From assembly GCA_023920165.1 (NCBI GenBank), contig CP089275.1:4402001-4466000 (forward strand): a DNA stretch of 64,000 nucleotides, read 5' to 3'. Both the position numbers and the translations under genes were made by a program. How positions within the stretch are numbered: the stretch's first letter is position 1; every line of letters starts with the position of its first letter. The notes under the pieces are model-generated. The model was given only the letters and a program-made list of their open reading frames with translations. It had not been told where the DNA came from and did no database searches. This DNA comes from Curvularia clavata. Its lineage: Eukaryota. Positions 33,201 to 45,340 of the stretch are shown in pieces.

Positions 33201-34183
33201 AGAACACACCTGGTTAGTTGCGACATTGCTTCTATTGAGGGCGTATACTAAAACAAATTGAGCCAGTTTAGCTGGTATTGTCTAGGCAGTCGTTTTCTGT
33301 CCTAACGCACAGCCTCCAGCATGAAACATATACCTAAAATGGCACTGTAATGATATGAGCGCCTTCCTATAGTAAAGCAGAGACTTAAACTTGATCATTC
33401 TTATTTGCTTGTATGGTCATAAATTACCATTGCTACCTAGTGATGCTATCTCCCGCCCTTCTTGAACCCACGACTGAGTCTGTCGGGTCGTGGTTAGACC
33501 ACAGCGGTTTTACATGTCCACGCGGCCGAAGTTGAGCTTTTGCTTCGAGATCTAACCATAAGCAGAAACTCGACATCGTTTCAATGCACCAACGCATTAG
33601 CTCGTACTTTTATTCTTGGTTGGAAATAAACCGAGTTGTCGCCAACAACAATAGCTTCCAGCCCTTGAAACCACCACGATTAGCTAGTATCTGTGCTACC
33701 CGGATGTGGCGGCTTTGAAAATGACGCCGTGGTCTAAGGGGGCGTCTTTAATTATTATACGAAGTAAAAACACTCGCCATATCAGAGGCATTCCTGCACA
33801 ATGCTTAGGTGACCCCCAATACACTGATGTGTCATGCGGATAATATTCTCGACAAGTTTCATAAGATTGCCGTTTTCTTTATCTCTGTATCCGAACTAAA
33901 GAGACTCAACAAGATATCTGAATGAATTATCTTGGCGAGCAGGCCGATAGTTTCTTGTATTGCAGCGCTGTTTACGGTATCAGGCTAACGACTGAATAGA
34001 CCAATTCGGCTGAGGCAACTTTGGTTGCCATTGCTGGTCCGACACAGATGCTGAGGATATGCTTCGCTATGAGGCAGATTGCGAGATACCATATCTTAAT
34101 ATTTATTTTAGAAGTAAGTTCACTATTGGGGAAGATGTACATCACTGCCCTTTCGTACAATGTCCAGAGAAGAATGTTCGCGT

Positions 34184-35659
34184 TTAGTCGTCACTCTCCC
34201 TAGTAATGTCGTCGTCATCCTCTTCCTTTCCACCAAGAAAAATTGCTGAAAGTATAGCTGTAAGCGCACATAGACAAGCCAGGACCACATTCATATTTCC
34301 ATAACCAATCTTGTTTCTTAGTAACCCAGCAATCAGTGGACCTAAAGTCAGCCCAGCGCCCCATACCATGTTATTGATGCCATATAGTTGTGCATATGGC
34401 GCATGCTCAAATAGGTCTTTGTTGGCTTTGTAATACTTCTCAACTACGTTTCCTGCTTCTACAATACCAGGGCTGCCGATACCTGCTAGTCCCACTCCAT
34501 TGGCCGCTAGCAAGCCAGCGTAGAGCGCAATAAGACGTGAGGGTTCCAACTTGTCGACAAGATCCGACTCGGTGGGTAATCGAAGCAATATCAGGGTAGG
34601 TATGAGCCAAACAAATCCAAGGAAAGCAGCAGGCTTCGTGCCGAAACGATCAACACACCAGCCGAATATTGGCCCAAGGAAGAAATCTGCCCCGCCTAGT
34701 GGCAGAAAGAGTAGACCTGCTTTCAAACTGTTGAAGCCAAATTGTTCGGAAGCTACCAGAGGAACTGTAGCGTCGAAAGAGCCAATCAGCAGGGCTTGCA
34801 TGAAGCCAATCCAGATCGCGGTCAAAAGGGCGGTATTCCGTAGGAGCATGAGCATCGGTACACTGCGGGTGAATCGATTTGCCGGTTTCGAAAGACGAAA
34901 ATGATCAGATGTGACAGAACTGTTGGGTATGAGGGGTGTCTCCTCAGTATTCTCTTGAGTGTTGCCCGAATTACGGCTTGCATCTGGCTCTGGACTGGCG
35001 TATCGTGCCGCAACTTTTGGCTCTACCATGAAAACACGCAACATGAAGTCTACAACGATCAATGCAAGTCCGACTCCAAAGACACCTGTGTACCCCGTCT
35101 TTGTGTAGAGGACTCCTCCAACGATGGGTGAGAAGAGGCCAGCAACAGCGACGAAACTCAGCAACACTCCCATTGTTTTGCCCAAGTTCTCCTGCCCCAC
35201 GGTCTCTACCACGATAGCACCGCCAATAGTCCACACAACGCCTCCAGAAGCACCCTGTAGAAATCTTGCAATAGCCAGGACGGCCACGCTGCGTCCAACC
35301 GCAAGGAGAATGGTAGAAAGAAGGAGTAATATGAGTCCAAGGAGAAACGGTAATTGTCGAGACTTTGAAAATTTATCGACCAATATTCCGGCTATTGGGG
35401 AAATGGTACAAGAAGCGGCTGCGTATATGGCAAGTAAATAGGATATCGTACTTTGTATTTGCGAATCCGGTAAACCAATTCGGTCTTTCAGCAGGAAAGG
35501 AAGCACCGGTACGATGATTCCATAGAGGAAAAGATCGATGAATGCTCCCATACTAACAGTGAGAACGATGAACAATGTGTGAGATCGCCATCGGAGCCCT
35601 GGTGGTGCAGCTGAGCCACGGAGGCCCATCATTTCGAGCATGTTTGACGCGAAACCCAT
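34184..35659 (-). CDS. MFS transporter (vesicular amine transporter/SLC18-like), 491 aa
   Basis: About 12 hydrophobic segments. Motifs WRSHTLFIVLTV, DLFLYGIIVPVLPF, ARFLQGAS, GWCVDRFG and APYAQLYG. Confidence 0.9.
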   Translation of the reverse strand: MGFASNMLEMMGLRGSAAPPGLRWRSHTLFIVLTVSMGAFIDLFLYGIIVPVLPFLLKDRIGLPDSQIQSTISYLLAIYAAASCTISPIAGILVDKFSKSRQLPFLLGLILLLLSTILLAVGRSVAVLAIARFLQGASGGVVWTIGGAIVVETVGQENLGKTMGVLLSFVAVAGLFSPIVGGVLYTKTGYTGVFGVGLALIVVDFMLRVFMVEPKVAARYASPEPDASRNSGNTQENTEETPLIPNSSVTSDHFRLSKPANRFTRSVPMLMLLRNTALLTAIWIGFMQALLIGSFDATVPLVASEQFGFNSLKAGLLFLPLGGADFFLGPIFGWCVDRFGTKPAAFLGFVWLIPTLILLRLPTESDLVDKLEPSRLIALYAGLLAANGVGLAGIGSPGIVEAGNVVEKYYKANKDLFEHAPYAQLYGINNMVWGAGLTLGPLIAGLLRNKIGYGNMNVVLACLCALTAILSAIFLGGKEEDDDDITRESDD

Positions 35660-35903
35660 CGATTTTGAATCATGAACAGAGAAATGAGAAGTAGCTCATG
35701 ACACGATAATGATTATGCATCTCAAATGTCAAACGGACAGGATCAGGCAGACAGCGTCAGACAGAGACACGGTCACGTGAACGCGCAGCCTAGCGGGCTT
35801 GGCACGTATCTCGCATCTGCTAGGTAGGACGTGGTGAGCTTCACTTCCTGTCCGTTGAAACTACGCCAAACCAAGCCACTCCACCCACAACAGTCGCTTC
35901 AGA

Positions 35904-36807
35904 ATGGCAGACAAGATGGAGGGCGTAGTCCCGGGCAGCAGCCTCATAGATCCCGGCAAATATCCTGTGCCCATCGAGACGTAAGTGCGATCGTGCTGAA
36001 AAGGTAGGTCCCTATGATGCTAACCAATTGTAGAATCTATGTGAGTTGAGGCCACCATGCGCGTACCAGCGACGCGTTGCGCACGGCTGGCTTGCTGACA
36101 ATACTAGGTCAATAACCTCGAGGAGCGTGTCAAGATCGATACCCTAAGGGAAGCCTTAACGCGAGTCTTCAAACACTATGGACCGATCCTCGATATCATT
36201 GCGAAGAGCAGTCTGAAGCGCAAGGGACAGGCCTTTGTTGTATTCGACAGCGAGAAGGCATCGCTCGAGGCTGTGGAGGAGATGGACGGATTCGAAATGT
36301 ATGGCAAAGCCATGAAGGTACGGAGGGCCAAGACGCACAGCGACGAAACGGTCAAGCGCAAAGCGCCAGACATGTTTGAGGACCATAAGCGGAAGCGCCT
36401 GATGCTCAAGGGTACGATGCGCACCTCTGTACACGCCTTAGACTGCATGCCTAACCTGTACAGATTTCAAGCGCGCAGAAGAAGATGCGAAGGCGGCAGC
36501 CAACCCTGTCGCTGCGGAGAAGCCTCGCGCGGCCAAAACTGGAGCGGCAGCCATTCCCGACGAATACGTCCGACCCAACAAGACGCTCTTCCTGCAGAAC
36601 ATTCCCCGCGACGTCACCGAGGAGACTCTTACGGAAATCTTCGAGCGCTACGAAGGCTTCAAGGAAGTGCGCCTGGTTTCGGTCAGGTCCGTTGCTTTTG
36701 CCGAGTTTGAGAACGAACAGTTTGCGATTACCGCGAAAGAGGGGGCCGTCAACATTCGCATTGGCGCTGAGAACAAGCTGATGAAAGTCACGTACCAGCG
36801 GCAGTAG
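35904..36807 (+). CDS. U1A/U2B'' family spliceosomal two-RRM protein
   Basis: Spliced RNP2 ETIYVNNL (via a 7-nt micro-exon at 36034-36040), RNP1 KGQAFVVF, and a second RRM PNKTLFLQNIP...VAFAEF...MKVTYQRQ*. Three introns. Confidence 0.9.
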
Positions 36808-37181
36808 GTTGATGTACATGGATTTGTCGTTGTGGAATTATGCATTTATGATACCTTGTTCAAGATTGAACGCCACATCCGGAGCAACTCGACGCAATAC
36901 AGGGCCTCTTGGCTGAATGCTTACTATCGCAAAATACTATGGTACAATACTCATCTCGTCTCTAGGGCAAATGAAGCAAAGCAGAAGTGGTACGACAAGA
37001 TTGCCTGGACTCCGGACGCTTGCGAAGCATATTGGCAAGTTATGGGCTACCTCCAGTCACAACGCGGATATCTAGTCGATGTGAGGCAGGTGGAGCTCGA
37101 GAAGTTCAGGGAGCAGGGAAGGCTGTACAAGCGGATGTATGGTAAGCGAGGCTGCTGACTTTGAATGGGTCGGCAGAGTGC

Positions 37182-38199
37182 TCAGAAGATGACATCCTCA
37201 TTGTCCTCATCGGCGAGCATGTCCTTGGTCTCGACAACTTGCTCAGGGGCCTCCTTCTCCTGTGCTTCTTTCTTCTTTGCGATCCTTGCAGCCTCTTCAT
37301 CTGCAGCATCATTCTGCTTCTTCTTGGAGACTTTCTTCAGGCGGTAGAACTCTTCTCGGTCCAGCTCGTCGAGCTCGGAGTTGATGTACTTGATGGTGTT
37401 TTCGGTTCGGGGGATAATGACGTGCTCACTGGGAGGGATTAGCGTGGACAATTGTTTGGGGGCGAGAGGGGAAGATACTCACATGGCGTTGACACGACGG
37501 TTGACGACCTTGATGACCTCGTCCAATATAACAAAGGCTGTCTGCAGACTGGCCAATTCAACTAGTGTTTCGACGGCTCTTGCATATGTTTCTCTGCACC
37601 TCTGCACCTGCTGACCACCTTTTCCCAGTCCCGTTAGGGCAAAGTCGTTGTTCTGCTCGACGGTGAAGCTTTCAAACTGGGGGAGAAAAACACCAGACAC
37701 GTTCTCCTGCTTGGTGCGCACGCGGAAGCGGGCCTGCTTTGCGGATTCCTGGATTTGATAGCCAATGTCGCCGCCAACCGCATACGTGACTTCGGCTAGG
37801 GAAAAGGCAGCCACCTGCATGACCCTGCCCATTTTGCGCTTGGCCTCATCGATGCGGCGGGTGATTTCTAAAAAGACGTTTCAGCTACCATGGGGAGGGC
37901 GCGGTGCAGAGAAGGGTTGGGCGTGGACGTACCTCGGAAACGCCTGGCGGCCGGTTAGCAGAGCTTCAGAAACATGGCGCAGAGAGAGGGTCATGCGTAC
38001 TTTGTCAGGGCTTCACTTTTGCGCTTCAGCAGGTCGTGGCCCGTCTGGGCCCCCTTGAGCTTGCTTTTCATCATACCCAGCGACTGGCGCGTCGCGAAGA
38101 CGGCCTCTCTCGCCTACGGGTGGTGTTAGCCTCAGCTGTTCATGGCGGTAGCACTGCATCGAGTGGGACGGAAGCTGCACATACCCCACTGCCAGACAT
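37182..38199 (-). CDS. VMA8: V-ATPase V1 subunit D
   Basis: MSGSG|AREAVFATRQSLGMMKSKLKGAQTGHDLLKRKSEALTK|RFRE|ITRRIDEAK...GLGKGGQQVQRC...NRRVNA|IEHVIIPRTENTIKYINSELDELDREEFYRLKKV. Four introns, including an 11-nt micro-exon at 37943-37933. Confidence 0.95.
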
Positions 38200-38606
38200 G
38201 GCTGCAGCTCGCGGCGGTGGTGTTAACGGAGGGAGATGTGGCAGAGACGGGTCCGAACAAGGGCGTGTAGATGCAGTGGCCGAGCAGGCGACGGGGACAG
38301 AATGGTTGGATGTCTCGAGCCCAGTACGGCAGCGCAGTCGAGTCGGCTTGGTGGTTAGCCAGGCGGAACGTGACGCAGCACTGCCGGGGAGCTGTCTGAG
38401 CCCGCCCGTGCACCCGCACCTGCCAACTCTACTGCGCAGTGCGCGCTCCCCATTGGCTGCCGCCGTATGCTGACCGCTCGGACTCCCATCGCTCTTTCCC
38501 TCAGAACTTTACCCCGGCGACACGCTTCACGCAGTCCGTCGTGACCCGAACCCCCTCAGTCTCCTGCCCATCGAGGGCCTCTACACGCCCTGGCACTGGC
38601 GCAACC

Positions 38607-41173
38607 ATGCCCGGCGAACTCCTCAGGACCGTGACGGCGAGCCTCTCGCGGCCCTCCAAGCGGAAGATGGAGCCCTCGACGGACCTTTTCCTCATCACCG
38701 ACCAGGACGTCGCGTACGAGCAGGACATCCAGCGCAACCCCGGCAGCGTCAAGCCCTGGCTCGACTACTACGGCTTCAAGAAATCCCGCGGGAGCATCCT
38801 CGAGCAGGCTTTTGTCCTCGAGCGCGCCGTCACCACCCTCCCGCGCTCCTACAAGCTGTGGAAGCTGTATCTCGAGCTGCGCACCAAGCACCTTGCCAAC
38901 AAGAATCCCGCAAAGTTCGCGCCTCATTATGTCAAGGTCAATGCTCTCTTCGAGCGTGCACTCGTTCTGCTCAATAAAATGCCGCGTATCTGGGAAATGT
39001 ACCTCAAATTCCTCATGCAGCAGCCGCTCGTTACCACGACCCGCCGCACCTTCGACCGAGCCTTGCGCGCGCTCCCCCTGACCCAGCACAACCGCATCTG
39101 GGATCTCTACCGACCCTTTGCCACGTCTGCATCCGGCGAAACCGCCGTCAAGATCTGGAGGCGGTACATGCAGATTCATCCTGAAGATGCCGAGGATTTT
39201 ATCGAGCTGCTCAAGGACATGCGCAAGTACACCGAGGCGGTCAAAAAATACATGGAAATTCTTAACAATCCGCGTTTCAAGAGCAAGGAAGCCAAGGGGC
39301 CCTTCCAGTTCTGGACCGAAATGATTGATCTCATCATCGACCACGCAAAAGAAATCGACACCACCGACGACAGCGGTATCGACGTCGAGAAGATTATCCA
39401 GAGCGGCATCGCCAAGTTTCCTGACCAGCGAGGTATTTTGTGGGTGGGTCTGGCCCGGTACTGGATGCACAAGGGTGAATACGAGAAAGCACGCGATGTC
39501 TTTGAAGAGGGCGTGACTACCGTCATGACTGTGCGCGACTTCTCCATCGTCTTTGACACCTACGTAGAAGCCGAGGAAACCATGATTGGCATTAAGCTCA
39601 ATGAGGCCGCTGTACGGTCAGAGAAGGGCAAGGTTGACCAAGCCGCCGACGCCGATCTCGACATCCGAATGGTTCGCTTCGAGTCTTTGATGCAAAGAAG
39701 GCCATTCCTGCTCAACGATGTCATGCTGCGACAGAACCCGCACAACGTCATTGAATGGGAAAAGCGCGTTGCTCTATGGGGCGACAACAAAAAAGAGGTT
39801 GTGCAGACGTACACGGATGCTATTGCTGCAATCAACCCCAAGAAGGCAGTTGGCAAGTTCCACGAGCTTTGGACCAATTACGCAAAGATATACGAAGCCG
39901 GTGGCGACCTTCAGAATGCGCGCGTCATCATGGAAAAGGCCGTCAAGGTCCCCTTCAAGTCCGTCTCCGAGTTGGCGGAGATGTGGTGTGAATGGGCAGA
40001 GATGGAGCTCCGCAACGAAAACTTTGACAAGGCTGTCGACATCATGGCCAAGGCTACGCAAGCACCAAAGCGATCGAATGTCGACTACTTTGATGAATCA
40101 CTATCGCCACAGCAGCGTGTACATAAGAGCTGGAAGCTTTGGAGTTTCTATGTTGATCTTGTCGAGAGTGTCAGCACTCTGGAAGAAACAAGGAAGATAT
40201 ACGAAAGGATCTTTGAGCTTCGAATTGCCACACCACAGACTATTGTCAACTACGCGAATCTGCTGGAGGAGAACAAGTACTATGAAGATTGCTTCAAAGT
40301 ATACGAGCGAGGACTCGATCTCTTCAGCTATCCTGTCGCTTTCGAAATTTGGAACCTGTACCTCACCAAGGCCGTCGACCGGAAGATTGGAATGGAGCGC
40401 CTACGAGACTTGTTCGAACAGGCTGTCGAAGACTGCCCGCCCAAATTCGCCAAGGTTCTCTACCTCATGTATGGTGCACTCGAGGAAGATCGGGGTCTGG
40501 CTAGACACGCCATGCGTATCTACGAGCGTGCTACCCGCGCCGTAGCGGACGAAGATAGGATGGAGATGTTCAACTTCTACATTACGAAGTCGGCATCTAA
40601 CTTTGGTCTTACTTCCACTCGACCAATCTATGAGCGCGCCATTGCCGCTCTGCCTGATGCCGAAGCCAAGGAAATGTGCCTCAAGTTTGCTGAGATGGAG
40701 CGACGTCTTGGAGAAATTGACCGAGCGCGAGCCATCTATGGTCACGCCAGTCAGTTCTGCGATCCAAGGACAAACCCCGAGTTCTGGAAGAAGTGGGAGT
40801 CTTTCGAAGTCCAACACGGAAACGAAGACACCTACAAGGAGATGCTACGCATCAAGCGGAGTGTCCAGGCTCAATACAAGTATGTACTATGCCTCTTCAG
40901 AATGATGGATATCATTACTAATACAAATACAGTACCGACGTCAACTTCATCGCTTCCCAGGCTGTTGCCCGCGGTCAGCAAAACGGTGCGCCTGCCAACG
41001 AAGACGGGACTACAGAAAATACCGACGAAGACGCAATGGCTGCCCTCGAGCGCCAGGCTCGCGCACCGGCTGGCTTCGTCGCTGCTAGCACAGGCCCACA
41101 GGGCGGAAACATCAAGCCCGCCGAAGAGCCAACCGCAAACCCCGATGCGATCGATCTAGACGACGATCTATGA
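38607..41173 (+). CDS. SYF1: Pre-mRNA splicing factor Syf1/Cwf3 (XAB2), HAT-repeat protein
   Basis: LPRSYKLW, KMPRIW, LRQNPHNV, LWSFYVDLVES, EIDRARAIYGHASQFCDPR and HGNEDTYKEMLRIKRSVQAQY. Intron ~40880-40932, then NTDVNFIASQA...IDLDDDL*. Start is ATG 38607 or 38667. Confidence 0.95.
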
Positions 41174-44101
41174 TTCACGACCGATGGTTTAGGGTGGGTG
41201 GATTTAGGATGAAGATTTGCATTTTCCACGGCGTTATATCCCAAGGCTACTTGCTACCTAGCACATTCCTATTGTCTCTGCGTGTACCATTGGGTTGACC
41301 CAGTATCGGTCTCCCTTACCTCGGCCTCGCTTTGAGGTTTCGACAGTCTGGTCCTTGCGCTTTCTTTTCTTTCGACTTCGATCGATACCTGGGCAAGCTT
41401 TGTTCCCCTACCTTTGTTTTGCATCTATGGCGTTTGTCATTTGTTGAGAGGGGAGTGGGTGGAAAAAAGAACGTGTTTTTATAACCGTGCTTAACCCTAG
41501 AGGAGAGAGAAACACACAGACAGACAGACTTGCTTTCCTATGTCATGCTTGAGAGGCACAATTTGCCGGGTTCTCTACTGAGTTTCAAAGCTACTTATCT
41601 TCGCTCGCACCTTGTCATATACAAAACATTCTCCTCACACTCACATAAACGTACACAAGGAAAAGCAATCATCTGACACTTCTCAGTTAAAGAGGTCCCT
41701 GCAGCGTTCTGATCCAAATACCGGGCTGCGGTTCACCGCTGGCATCCAGACTAATCCTACATCGGCACAGCCGTTACGAAAAGGAAACTCTAAAATCCTA
41801 GCATGCTGCCATACTCACGGCACCCTCGGATGAACAGGTAAGCTGATTACGTATATCGCTCTTCGCAATCGCTCGATGAATTCCAAAGCCGTTCTTGGCA
41901 TTCAGTCCAGTCATCTCAGCTTTAGGCAGCAGCCATCCTATGCACGTGCTTTCATCTCACCTTCCCGTCAGATCCCACATTTTCTCCACCCGTCCTGTCC
42001 TGTTGATAGTATTTCGAGTATATATATTTTGAAAATCCATCGTTCTTCCAGGAAAGTAAGCTACACAAATCTGCTTCGGCACGGCTTTTTATGCTGCATA
42101 CCCCATCACCCACATCCGTCAAAAGGTGTGGGTACTTTCCTTTTTTGGAAGCCAAGGATGAGTGATTAGGCAGATACACGTCGGTTCGAATCTAGATTCT
42201 AGCAGCTTTCTGTGTGCTTACTTAGGTTTCTTTTTGAGTTCTTTTTTCTCAACGGGGGCTACGGACGGTGGCTGCTTGGTGGGTTCTTTTTGTCGTTGTC
42301 GCTCAATGAAGATGCAGAGTAGGTTGTACTGATGGATGTTTGTGTTCCTGTGGCATCCGCATGGCCTTTAGTTACTTCAATTGTGTTGATGGACGAGTTG
42401 TGTTAGAGAGTTGATCAGAATAGCCGTAGTTCATCGACTATCATATAATTGTCCGAGGCAACTCCTCAAAACATTCGCTGCACTCTCTGTCCTTCTTCTC
42501 TCCGATTTCTCTCAATGGTTTCCGAAAACCTTTGCAACGTAAATTTTGCTTCATTTTTACACACTTGACAAAGTGTGAAATAGCTAGGTAAAAGAGATAG
42601 TGCATGTTCTGACGAAAGTACAAAAAACCTGTTGGTATCACATCTCCCAAAAACTTGATCACCGCTACTTTTGCTTTATCCGACTCAGAGTTTCCTTTTT
42701 TTTAATTCTTGTTCTTACAAGTAACATGTAGTCAACTACATGTGACCTGTACGATGCTGCCCACCAACAGCCGGGTTTTTCATCTCAAATGGAACAGGGT
42801 AGTGATATTCAACATATGGTATGTACCTCCGGACACTACCATTGCCTTTTCGGTACATCAATTGCTGGAAGTTCATAACAATATGTTCACCCAGGGCATG
42901 CGACTGGAATTGCTGGCGAAAATCCAGGCAAGAAGTGACGCTGATCTTGAGCAATCCAGCTTGCCGAGCCAACGGGAAGGGTCACTCTCCCAGCCCCTTG
43001 TAATCTCAATATCTTGAAAATCGCGATCGAACAATGTGATACACGACTTGCAGATCAGTACTATACGAGGATCTGTTCCTTGTATTCAGCTTTGAACCAT
43101 TGCTACCAATTGAGAGAAACACGTATGCTTGCTACCTACCAGGAGCAGGAATACACAAAAATAGGCCGGACACGAGCGTGAAATGACGATAGTTGCTTTT
43201 TCGTTCGAGAAAAAAAGTTCAGGAGGTCGTCGGCGGCTGCATGCATGCTTCCATCTCACGCAGGACCGACCAGGTCTGATGCTGACTCGTATTTCTTTTT
43301 CCCAGCTCCGCACCGCGCCCAAAACGACCTCGTCACCAGCATTCTCTTTTCAATAGGTCCGTGCTAATGCCCGTTGGCAGTAGCTGTGGCATCAGTCAGG
43401 AGCTTTTATCTCCACATTTCTCTTCTCGTCTCACGGCCAAGTCCTCCCGAAGAGCCGCGCTGTGCGACGTTTCGCGACGAAAAGAAAATACCTAAGAAAA
43501 GTCAAGCCAAGTCATACAATTGCCGGCGAAGTAGCACAAGCCGCGAATCTCGGGCAGGGGGGGCCTAGACATCCCTGTGCAACTCCCTGATTTAATCTGC
43601 AAGGCTGAGCTAATACCACGATGCGTGAGCGACAAGAAAAGTGGAGGTGGCAGGAGCCATTGGGAGGAAATTGGGGCCAAAAACATATGCCATATGGACG
43701 CTTTGATCCGAAGTTGTATTAAGAAAGGAGCAGTGATGGGGAGAACGTCACTGTTTCAGGTGGCACGTAGGGCTGATAGTTAGAATGGGGGCTGAGGTAA
43801 GGGGCTTGACCCTAGCACCGGGTTGTGGGCTAGCGCTTCTTGAATATTGCCCTTTGGGCTCAGTTCAGATGGATGCTGGCAAGCGCTGAGGGCAATGGAA
43901 GATGTTGAACAGCAGAATAACTGCTGGTGGCACCTAGTAGGTATTAAAAATGCAAAGTCAAGAAGATGCACTGGGTTTCGGGGTGGATGGTGCGTAAGAA
44001 TTGACCCTATCTGTTACAGGCGTGTAACAGAATTCGTGGGGAAGGGGGATGGGAAATAGAATTTGGTCTGCAGTGCAACTTCAGAACTGTCAGTCAACAC
44101 G

Positions 44102-45340
44102 ATGAACTCTCTAAGGGTCCTTTTTGCTTTGGGCGGTGCATGCGCCTTTTCGGCATCTCATGTTCACGGACCATCACAATGCTCAAATCCGCCGCTACAG
44201 GTTGTAGCACAGATACAAACACCACTACAGTTACAACAGTGTCTAAAGGGAGACACGGAGTCGAGACCACCGGAGTCCACGCCGTCATTTAAACACCCGA
44301 TATGGTCACACGAGCCGCTGTGTGTCAAAGGGACAGAGAAGGTTTACTGCACGCACACAACCGCCAATTCGGGTAATGGTCATGGCCTGAGCATCATCGC
44401 GACATCGATCGCCGCGGGAAAGATATCCACAAGCTTTAACGACCAGACGAAAAGATTTCCAATCTCGAGAGACGGTCTCCAAGTACAATCTGTAGCAGGC
44501 AAAGGCAAAGGTCTTTTCACCACGAGGCTCATCAAGAAAGGAGAGACCATACTGTTCGATCCTGCACGCATAATCGCAAGCTCTCACTTCCCCGCACGCG
44601 TATCGCACTCTCAGGGCCGAATTCTCTTTAACTCTGCACTTGATCGACTTCCTGAAAAAGACCGTGAGATGGTGGTTGCATTGGATCAGAGTCTGGGTGG
44701 CAGCCCAATCGAGGATGTCATGAAGACCAACTCGTTTGCTTGTAAAATACCAGATGGCAATGTCGATAACGCCTACCTCTGTCTGTTCCCTTCCGTTTCA
44801 CGGATCAACCATGCGTGCCAGCCAAACGCGCTTGCACGCTTCGTGTCCAAGACACTCTCCATGGAAATTAAAGCCAAACGGGACATTGCCATAGGAGAAG
44901 AAATCAACATATCATACGGAAGAGTCGACTTGACTCGTGAAGAAAGACAAGAACTATACAAAGATGGGTGGAACTTTGAGTGTACGTGCTCCTTGTGCAC
45001 TGCGTCGCACGAGCATGTCACAGCAAGCGACGAGCGCCGGATAAGGTTTGCTCGTCTCAAGAAGACGCTCCAGAATCTCACGGCGGAAACTTACAACGCA
45101 CAAAAAATTGTTGAATGGGAACAGGAAGTTTTGTCGATTGCGCGTTCAGAAGGCTTGGAGGTGTTACTGGCTGAGGATTACGAGAGACTGGCATACGTGT
45201 ATGCCGGGCATGGCATGGTCAAGGAGGCAAGGTCTTGGGCTGAAAAGGCTAAGCAGAACCTCTTGGATTGGACCGTTGAAGATGATCGTCGAGAGGAGAA
45301 CGTTAAGAGGGTAGATGAAACGCTCAAAGAACTACAATGA
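44102..45340 (+). CDS. SET-domain protein with predicted signal peptide
   Basis: GKGKGLF, RINHACQPN, GEEINISY and post-SET FECTCSLC, followed by a helical TPR-like tail. Hydrophobic N-terminus MNSLRVLFALGGACAFSAS. Confidence 0.85.
   Translation: MNSLRVLFALGGACAFSASHVHGPSQCSNPPLQVVAQIQTPLQLQQCLKGDTESRPPESTPSFKHPIWSHEPLCVKGTEKVYCTHTTANSGNGHGLSIIATSIAAGKISTSFNDQTKRFPISRDGLQVQSVAGKGKGLFTTRLIKKGETILFDPARIIASSHFPARVSHSQGRILFNSALDRLPEKDREMVVALDQSLGGSPIEDVMKTNSFACKIPDGNVDNAYLCLFPSVSRINHACQPNALARFVSKTLSMEIKAKRDIAIGEEINISYGRVDLTREERQELYKDGWNFECTCSLCTASHEHVTASDERRIRFARLKKTLQNLTAETYNAQKIVEWEQEVLSIARSEGLEVLLAEDYERLAYVYAGHGMVKEARSWAEKAKQNLLDWTVEDDRREENVKRVDETLKELQ

Noticed and set aside
41492..41499. TAACCCTA in the large gap after SYF1 (also at 53642) as a possible telomerase template or telomeric seed
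   Set aside because: Only 8 nt and expected by chance in 64 kb. No supporting downstream structure seen.
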